From assembly GCA_951406725.2 (NCBI GenBank), contig OX597819.1, positions 87,048,001 to 87,112,000 of the forward strand: 64,000 bases of DNA, in the 5' to 3' direction. Origin of the DNA: Octopus vulgaris. Lineage: Eukaryota. Of the stretch, positions 55,322-64,000 are shown in pieces; the stretch's first letter is position 1; each line of letters starts with the position of its first letter. The translations under genes were made by a program, and so were the position numbers. The notes below the pieces were generated by a model. The model was not told the origin of the DNA and ran no database searches. It was given only the letters and a program-made list of their open reading frames with translations.

Positions 55322-55384
55322 TAATAACTAGCTAGACCCGTGGTAACTTCACAGAAAACAAAAAACGTAAACATCTATAAACAG

Positions 55385-55565
55385 TGTACTGGTGCCATGA
55401 GAAATGTTTGCATATTATGACCGTCTGTTTCTCCGTTCCGTGTTGAAATTCTTCCGAGGTCGACATTACTTTTCGTCCTTTCGGGGCCGATAAATGAAGT
55501 ACCAGTTATGTACTGAGGTCGATCTAATCAACTGGCCCCCTCCCCACAAAAATTTCATGCCTAGA
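55385..55565 (+). mobile_element. tRNA-derived SINE
   Basis: ccgaggtcgacattacttttcgtcctttcggggccgataaatgaagtaccag core. Confidence 0.7.
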
Positions 55566-56069
55566 AAGGTATATTGTGACAGTTACAGAATATAAAAAGT
55601 AACGTAACACCACTGACTATATAATTCAACCAAAATATCTTAGTTACACAAACGTAAACAGAACTACTATTTAACCTTCAAATATATCGTACATATATTC
55701 AAAGAATCTTCTTGGTTTAGTGGTACACAACGTTTTTCTGGTATTCTTTTATTCTTTTTCAGTCATTTGACGGTGGTCATGCTTATTCTATCAGTTTATT
55801 CTGCTGAACAGCTAAATTACAGGGACGCAAAAGCACCAACATCGGTTGCCAAGCAATACTGGTGGTGGGACAAACACAGACACAAACACACACACACACA
55901 CACACACGCACATACATACATATATAAGGCGGGCTTGGAGGTAGTAGGGATGCTGGCTGGCATGATTATGACAATTTACTGATTCTCCTATACTATATAG
56001 ATATAAATTCCTCTATTTTCATAATATCGAGGTCTCGTTCTTCTCTTCTCATTTCATTATTATAAATCA

Positions 56070-56388
56070 ACCACATTCAACAACACTGAAAAGCCCGGCG
56101 TTGGAAAAATTTCATCTGCAGACCGACATGAAAACATCCCGACAGAGATCAAAGAGGAAAAGGATCCCATCACCTTTAAACGGAGTCTGGACAGACTTCT
56201 TCAAGGAATACCGGATAAGCCAAGCCACCCATACATGGGTACAACTCACTCAACAAGAACTCACTACTTGAATGGACCATAAACAAAACTTGACTTAAAC
56301 AGGATTTAGATAATCCTATCAGGTAGTGCTATTAAGTTAGACATGGCCTGGACCAATCTTTGGTCGAAACATATCTAAGTTTATCTAA

Positions 56389-56392
<4 letters not shown>
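56070..56392 (+). mobile_element. Internally deleted derivative of the 13593-16162 LINE
   Basis: 56070-56135 matches about 14153-14217; 56137-56392 matches about 15911-16162 including the tatctaagtt tail. Confidence 0.9.
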
Positions 56393-56442
<50 letters not shown>

Positions 56443-56469
56443 TATATATGTATAACATATATAAATATA

Positions 56470-58790
56470 TCTTGGAGGCACCAGACACCCAGCCTCGGTC
56501 TACGCTTGATCCGAGATTACAGCTCACTGAAAGAGATGAGCTGCGGGAAAGCCAGTTTGACACACGCCAACCGAGGAAACGCTGGATATGCCGCAGCCTC
56601 ACCGCATGTCCGCCCATCAAGAGACACGGCTTACCCAGCCCTTTTATTCATAGGGTGTTGACAACAAGTGGAGCGCCTGACCAGCGGAGTCCGCCCCTTC
56701 CATAAGAGCTGGAAAAGCAGACGCTCCAGCCTGACCAGGTACGAAGTAGAGTGAGACACGACGGTGAGGCGGTAGTAAATGACTGAGGTGACGTATGTCT
56801 TAGCCACTTCTACCCGAGCTTCAAGGATAGTTTCTGGGTGAGACTGGCTACCCTGCTCGTCACCTCACTCCAGTTCGTTTCCTGCTGGAGGTCCGTTCCG
56901 AACCAGAACCCGAGCAATTTTACGGGCCCGACCGTCCAACGTCCTACAACGCTCTCAGTCGGCATGGATCTGCCCCTCCAGGTGTCGAATTGCAGGCCCA
57001 CTCTCTTTTCCGTATTAATCTCCACTCCTGTTACTTCCTCGTATTCTTTCACAGTAATGCTGACCTGGTATATGTGCTTGTCACCCGACTCTATGACGTG
57101 TCCGACACAACTCTCCCACATCCTAGTTCACGTGAGATGCCTCTAAACGTCTCCAGTTTCCGAAGTAATGGTTCGAAGATCAATACATTCAGAAGGGACG
57201 AGAGTGGGCACTCTTGAGGGACCGAACACACGATGTTGAATGGTTCCGATAGGTCACCATTCGCCAGGACTGCCGAGCTGATGTCGCAGTACATGGCAGC
57301 GATCCAATCGCGGAAAACCGGACCGAAACTGGCCGCAGTGTGAACGACCGCTAGATATTGATGGCTAACCCTATCAAAGGATTTTGACTGATCTAAATTG
57401 ATCAGAGCCCTACCCATGCCAGGGTTCTTAACTACCCTATCCACAATGTAGCGCATGAGGTGGAGGTTGTTGTGGATGGAACTATTTGGGACAGCGCATG
57501 TTTGTGCGTCACCAGCCAGTTTGGCCAAAATTTTCATGTCTGTATTAAGCAGAGTGATGGGTTTAAAATTATCTAATACCTTCCCCTTGTTTGGATCCTT
57601 TCTCAGCAGTAGCACTGCTCCTTGGCTCACATATTTGGGAATTCCCTCATTCTGTTGCCAGTTGCTTTAGATATTAGTCAACCCATTGTCTCGTCCTGTA
57701 TTTCCTCAGTTGTTATCGGCCTTTCGCAACACTCCGCATCTCTTGCTGTGAGTCGTGGCAGACCATCTGAGTAGACAGTAAAATCCATCCTGCGATCTGG
57801 CCTACCGTTCGTCCCGAACAATTCGGCAAAATGCTGCTGAAAACCCGTACACATCAGCGCCGGTTCGTTCAGCGTGTGCTCAGTTTGGTCTACCAAAGAC
57901 CGAATGGTGTTTTGTTGCCATGTTGCGCCTCAGCACGTTAGTTAGAGCACGTTAGTTAGCTCTGACAATGTAACCTTTGTGCTTGGTGTTGAAATGCTCA
58001 TCGAGGGCGAACCTCGCTGCCAGCACGTCAGTTGCAATGCCTTTCCTAAGCGCCTCTTCTAACTTTCTCACTAAATCACTCTGTAATCTATTTCTTTCTA
58101 CAGCTAAAAATTTGCTAAATTTAACGGATTCTGCTTTCATGGCTCTTTTTAGGCTATACCAGCATTTATCGTTAACGACTACCCTCATCAAAGCTTTCTG
58201 AACTAACCCTTTAATCCGGTCTCTATAAGTTTGGCACGCTGGGCGTGAGGTGTTCAGCTTCCAGGAGCCGGGGCCCTGTCTACGTATGTTATCTAAGTCG
58301 ACCTTATAGGTTACCAATTTGTGATTTTTGTAACCGACTATTTTATATTTGTGGACAACTACTACTATTCCTATCTCAAGACCTGCAAAATACTCTATCT
58401 AGATACGATCTTGATGTTCCGATGCAATTTGCTCATGTCTACATTGGCACATTCGGACAATCCAGTCGGTACCTGTCAGATAGTTGAAAGCGTCTGAGCA
58501 GGTTTGCGAGACTTTTGCAACCCCACTTTCCTATCGGCTAGCCACACACAATCCAAATGTGCACCTAAGATGTCTTGGTTTATTTGGACCATTATTTCCA
58601 ATTCCTAACCAGTTCAGTTGTTTTTCCTTGTTTCTCGACTTGTAAGATTCTGATTTTATCTCCTCAGTCGAGAAAGACGGCCGCTACAATCCAGCAAGAG
58701 TTCATTTCTGGTGGCATCACCAGTATTTTCATCTTGGCGACGCGCCCTCCCGAGTATGTTGGAACTAGTATAAGTTCACTGTTTCTCAGC
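56470..58790 (-). mobile_element. Decayed L1/Tx1-like LINE ORF2 (APE and RT remnants)
   Basis: GPGSWKLNTS, NFKPITLLNTDMKILAK, INLDQSKSFDRVSH, VPQECPLSSLL in ORFs 57952-58317 and 57091-57630. Confidence 0.9.
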
Positions 58791-58870
58791 TGGTCTGTTG
58801 AATGCTGTTTTGCTACGTCTTCTGTAGCAAATCTCACTTTAATTGTGCCATACCTCTTACTTCTTGACAG

Positions 58871-58943
<73 letters not shown>

Positions 58944-58954
58944 CAACAACAACA

Positions 58955-59830
58955 CGGAGGACGGTGTTATTATTATGTGATCGTAATGGGAACCCACTGA
59001 TGCAAGAGGTCCTCTACGAATAAAAGAAGAAGAAGATTATTATGTAGTGCGGGTGCATAGGATACAAGGTGATGCAGTTACAAGGTGATGCAGTTGGTAT
59101 GGAGTAAGGAGAGAGCGGAAGGTGCCGAGACAAAGGTGAGGGTTGACCCAGATAGGAGTTAAGCAGACATTTTCTGCAATGTTTGCTATTAATCACGAAT
59201 TCAGTTCACTTCTTGAGTAAAGAAGATCCATCAACTGTGATTATGACAATAGCATCACACAGGTGGAGTATACAATGACACCTAAGAAGTTGGTTGAGAG
59301 GTGCAGCGTCTATTATCGACCAGTGTTGCGCATATTCGACACCTTTTGATTAAATAGGTATTTGGCTAAAGATGTAGTGTGCCGGAGTTTAGTGTAATTG
59401 AATGCGTGTAGGTGCGAAGAGATCCTCTATTTGATGAGGTCAGCAGTGGATCCTAAATAGTATATAGTGGCACTATCAATTACCAATGTGTACTTATAGA
59501 CCACATTCTTCCTCATATAATAACCGCCTAGAGGGTAAGATCTCGCAGACCGACAGTTATACAAGCGCAGGCCCAAACCATGAGGGTTCCCAAGTACGCA
59601 TCCAATCTGGGGGTAGTCGGAGGGTTTTTGATCGGAGTCTAATGTGGTAGTCTCATGCGATAGTACAGCATACTTGGTGGGGTTCGTACGCGCTTAGAGC
59701 GAGGGAATTCGTTGTAGGTTTTATCCGATTGCCGGGATTAGATGTATTCATAGTACATACATATCTTTCACTACATGTGGAAGTGCAGAATATTTGCCCG
59801 TTTGACTTGTATGCACCATTTGTCTTCTTA
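58955..59830 (-). mobile_element. 5'-truncated Penelope-like element (Cys linker plus GIY-YIG)
   Basis: Minus strand YNCRSARSYPLGG..RKNVVYK...YYLGST (CNC..CPLxG..VVY..YIG-like); 58955-59175 is repeated at 60055-60250. Confidence 0.7.
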
Positions 59831-61450
59831 TATATATTTTATTGACTTGATTGACAATCCAAATACTGACACCTCTCTCTCTCTCTCCCTTCCTGATAGA
59901 AAATATCAAAGAGAGACAATACTTTTATTCTAATCTTTTAACTTTTATTGGTTTCAGCCCAAGGCTGAGGTTATGCTGGTGCATCACCTGTAGTTACTCG
60001 GTGTTGTTTCCAGTATTGTCTTTAGTGAAGTAATAATAATAACAACAACAACAACAACACGGGGGACGGTGTTATCGTAATGGGAACCCACTGATGCAAG
60101 AGGTCCTCTACGAATAAAAGAAGAAGATTATTATGTAGTGCGGGTGCATATGATACAAGGTGATGCAGTTGGTATGGAGTAAGGAGAGAGTGGAAGGTGC
60201 CGAGACAAAGGTGAGGGTTGACCCAGATAGGAATTAAGCAGACATTTTCTTAATTCCATGACATGAGGTTATGCTGGTGCATCACCTGTAGTTACTCGGT
60301 GTTGTTTCCAGTATTGTCTTTAGTGAAGTAGCGATGTGGACGGAGCTCCTCTTCTTTGTGTCTCTTGCCGCGACCTGAGTTCATCTGGTATCTCAGATAG
60401 AAACCTGTCCAGACGTTCCTGGAAAACTTCCATATCAACACCATGTCGATCTCTAAAGTTGCCTGGCAGGATGTTGAACAATTGCGGCTCCTTGAAACCC
60501 AGACTATTGCACTACTGTGTCCTTATTTTAGATGAGGAAGACGGGATCTTTGGTACGATGCAGTGCCGTCCAGTTCGGGGATTGGTATAGCTGTCAATTC
60601 CAAAATTGGGAACTAAACCCCCCAATGTACATCACTGCATATTTCTCTCGTCTTCTCTCCTTGGAATAAAGACTCAGTTCCTTTAGCCTCTGCCAGTAAC
60701 CCATCTTTTGCATCGAGTCAATCTTCTTTATGTATTGGCGCTGGATTGCTTCGAGTTCCACGTTTTATTTCGCACTCTCTGAGGATCATAATTGGGAGCA
60801 GTAGTCCAAGCAGCTGAGAACTAAAGTCCTCCATAGGAGTAGCAAGGCCTCCCTATTCTTGGTTCTGAATGTCCTCAGAATCCAGCCAGCCACTCGCCTG
60901 CACAGTGTTCCCACCTTGGTAATATGCACATAGAATGATGCATCATTGTTCATGTGAACCCCCAGGCCAGGCACTGACTCTGACTCTGAGATCGTATTAC
61001 CTTCTGGTCCAGTGTATTCCGATTTTATCCTGGCGTTGGACCGATAGTGGAGTGCCTGAAATTTCATAGCATTGAATTGCATGTTATTTTTGTTAGCCCA
61101 TTAGTAGATTTCATTCAGGTCTTTCTGAAGTTTTATGATGTCCTCTGGGTTCCTAACTACCTGCGATACTTTTGTGTCGTCAGCACAACTGGTCAGATTG
61201 GCCGACCGCAGAAACTATGTCTGAAATGATCAAAACAAATAGTAGTGACCCCAGTACAGTTTCTTGTGGGACTCCGCTGAAAATTAATGTCTCTTCAGAG
61301 TGAGCAACATTAGCTACAACTGTCTGACTCTTGCCCTTCAGAAAGTCATGCATCTACTCTCCCAGTTTCCCAGTAATACCAAGGTTTCGCAGCTTGTGAC
61401 ATATCATGTTATGATCAACCTTGTCGAAGGCCTTAGCAAAGTCGAGGTAT

Positions 61451-61887
61451 TACAGTTCTGTATTTAAGAGATGAGGAATTATGTACATTATTTACATTAT
61501 TTATATTTGACGGATACAACGTTTCGACTGATATACCCTCTAGACTTCATCGGGTGTCTTGGGGAAATTTTGAACCTGGGTTCTCATTCCTAAGGTATTT
61601 TTTGATGTTATTATTATTATTATTATTAAGGTCACTGCTTGGAATCGAACTCGGAATCTTGGGGTTAGCAGCCTGCGCTCTTAACCGCTACGCCATATGC
61701 CCGTGGGCAATTATGGAGAGAATTTTAGGGCTCATAAATTTAATATTCTCCTATCCTTCCTTAATATCGATTCCCATATGCTGTTCATATCTGCACTCGA
61801 TCTGCTTAAGATGCTGTTGTGTCCTAGCGTATGCGCTGCTTCTTTTAGTTTTCGTATTTTCCAGTGGTGCTCTCTGTCTATTATTTT
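61451..61887 (-). mobile_element. 437-bp retroposed element with an internal tRNA-like promoter and a hammerhead motif
   Basis: 11-bp TSD agtcgaggtat (61440-61450, 61888-61898); tRNA-like segment 61630-61697 (tggcgtagcggttaag A box, gagttcgattcc B box); hammerhead-like 61513-61557. Confidence 0.85.
61513..61557 (-). ncRNA. Minimal type I hammerhead-like motif (core mutated)
   Basis: Minus strand gacac-CCGATGA-A-gtctagagggtatatcagtc-GAAAC-GTT-gtatc. Confidence 0.55.
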
Positions 61888-62035
61888 AGTCGAGGTATAT
61901 CACACCTACAGCTGACTGGTTTAGCTGTTGTTTCAGTACTCAGTCAAAGTGCTGCAGAAGCTGTGTGAGGCAGCTCCTCCTTGGACGGAAGTCATGTTGC
62001 GTGTTTGTGAGAAGGTTGTTTTCTTCTAGGGACAT

Positions 62036-62452
62036 ACTCTTTACTCTTTACTCTTACTCTTTTACTTGTTTCAGTCATTTGACTGCGGCCATGCTGGAGC
62101 ACCGCCTTTAGTCGAGCAACTCGACCCCGGGACTTATTCTTTGTAAGCCCAGTACTTATTCTATCGATCCCTTTTGCTGAACCGCTAAGTAACGGGGACA
62201 TAAACACACCAGCATCGGTTGTCAAGCAATGCTAGGGGGACAAACACAGACACACAAACACGTACACACACATATATATACATATATACGACAGGCTTCT
62301 TTCAGTTTCCGTCTACCAAATCCACTCACAAGGCTTTGGTCGGCCCGAGGCTATAGCAGAAGACACTTGCCCAAGATGCCACGCAGTGGGACTGAACCCG
62401 GAACCATGTGGTTGGTTAGCAAGCTACTTACCACACAGCCACTCCTGCGCCT
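62036..62452 (-). mobile_element. Full-length tRNA-derived SINE with (GAGTAAAA)-like tandem tail
   Basis: Minus strand ggcgcaggagtggctgtgtggtaag A box, ggttcagtccc B-box-like; splits the LINE RT; many partial relatives in the window. Confidence 0.9.
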
Positions 62453-63379
62453 ATGATCAACCTTTTTCTGACAATGCATTTCACTGTCTTGCTAACATGT
62501 GAGTTTAGAGAGATGGGCCTGTAGTTTTTAACATATGCTCTGCTCCCTTCTTTATGGACAGGGCATATTATACCCTCTTTTAGCAGAGTGGGAAGTTTAC
62601 CACATTCAAGGAAACTCTGAAAAAGTACTTTCAGTGGCTTTGCAAGAGCCTTTTTACATGTCTTTAAGAGAACAGCCGGGAGTCCATCTGGGCTTGTTGC
62701 TGAGTTTGATCTCATCTTGTCAATGGCTGATATTACACCCTCTTCTGTTATGTTGATATAATCGATGGTTGCCTCTTTTCTGAATAGATTCGTTACATTG
62801 ATAAACTCCTCAGGCTTGTTTATTTGCATATTTTCCAGTGGAAAAGTGAAAACACTACGGAATTGTTTATTTAGTCATCACTTATCTTCCCCGGAATTCT
62901 GTAAAATTCTTTAATAATTATTTTTGTTTTTGCTGCTCTAAAATGAAGAGAAAAAAATGTACATTCTACACCCTACGATTATCCAGTTGTTTTATTTATT
63001 ATTCGAAAGATCAAAATGTTAAAATATTAGATATCTTCAGTGTTTACGTATATGAAATTGGTTAAAGGGAAATTACTCTTAATGAATGAATTATTTCTTG
63101 CGTGGATTATTGCCCTTGAAATTAGACATGCACACAAAAATTGATTGCATTGTAAATAAAAATAGCCTTATTTGATTATTTAAGTCATTTTGTGGGGTTT
63201 TTTTAAAAAAATTTAATCACTAAACTTAAAGTTTCAGAACTGAGGAGCCGAACTTCACTTCAGAGAGTGCTGATGTAAGGACGTAGAAGCACCAACGAAT
63301 ATTAGATTCTTCAGCAAAAAAATCAGTTTAGGGCGGTGTCTATGAGTGCCCCACTTTTTTTTTTCTGACTTTAACCCTC

Positions 63380-63810
63380 CAACGCCGAGTATAGGCCACT
63401 TATAATTTAATTCCATGTCGCATAATTTTTGGCTTCAGTACTTATACTCTGCCATGAATGTCCCCCTTTCTCTAGTTCCTTTTGTGTTGATCTACGCCAC
63501 AAGTTCTTAGGCCTACATCTCCTTCTACATCCATCCGGTTTCCACTATAAAGCACTTTTCGCTACATTTGGTGTGTCTTTTCTAATTGTGCTACCAACCC
63601 ACTTCCACGTTTTTCTTAAATATTTGCTCCCTAATCGAAACTTCATTTGTTCTTTGCCATAGCTCCATATTGCTTATGTGTTCAGGCCATCTAATTTTAA
63701 GTATACTACGCAAGCATTTATTACAAGGTGTCATAAGTTATTTGCAATACTTGAGGATACCAATAACTGAAAATTTACTCCCACTTTGGTGTCAGTTATA
63801 TCCATTGCAA
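63380..63810 (-). mobile_element. RTE-like LINE 3' fragment
   Basis: Minus strand CLRSILKIRWPEHISNMELWQRT...WKWVG...AL*WKPDGCRRRCRPKNLWRRS. Confidence 0.8.
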
Positions 63811-64000
63811 ATCATGTAATTTGATATTCTATCATCTTCGTTAGAAATTTACTTAATGTCTACATAATCTTAGTCATTATAAGCACAGGCATGGCTATAG
63901 GGGCAGGCATGGTTGTGTGGTAAGAAGCTTGTTCCCTTCACTACTGTGTGGACGTGCTTCTTTTCGCTGCTGCTAAGCATTTTTTGCTGTAGAGATTGTT

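Larger units (their letters stand above)
59930..62900 (-). mobile_element. Second CR1-group LINE, interrupted by three insertions
   Basis: NYRPISLNSHVSK (62428-62829 ORF), QHDFRPRRSCLTQLL (61920-62035), YLDFAKAFDKVDH, SGVPQETVLG, LVLSCLDYCSQL; segments 60264-61450, 61888-62035, 62453-62900. Confidence 0.88.

Noticed and set aside
58995-59022. ctgatgc-aagagg-tcctct-acgaat as a hammerhead
   Set aside because: Both core boxes deviate and it is antisense to the PLE coding strand
61630-61697. Functional tRNA genes (also about 19813, 20030, 43450-43520)
   Set aside because: A/B boxes are present, but acceptor stems are poor and each is embedded in a repeat body, so these are SINE-type heads

Overview
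AT-rich, repeat-dominated eukaryotic DNA. The SINE types and microsatellite load suggest a cephalopod, probably Octopus (inference from recalled repeat families, not a search). I find no convincing intact host gene, and most ORF-track entries are microsatellite translations. The window is a transposon graveyard. It holds decayed mariner elements, piggyBac/hAT/mariner MITEs, Helitron- and Helentron-type non-autonomous elements, and many tRNA-derived SINEs. It also holds fragments of CR1-group, L1/Tx1, RTE, HERO, CRE and R4/Dong LINEs and four Penelope-like elements (PLEs). The most interesting signals are: (i) hammerhead-ribozyme-like motifs, including one inside a 437-bp TSD-flanked element that also carries an internal tRNA-like Pol III promoter; (ii) three unrelated fold-back insertions in (TA)n tracts sharing an 'inverted copy + unique tail' architecture, one with a near-perfect 336-bp palindrome; (iii) R4/Dong-like LINEs partitioned between (TAA)n and (TACA)n targets. 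All coordinates were read by eye. Ends of decayed elements are approximate.
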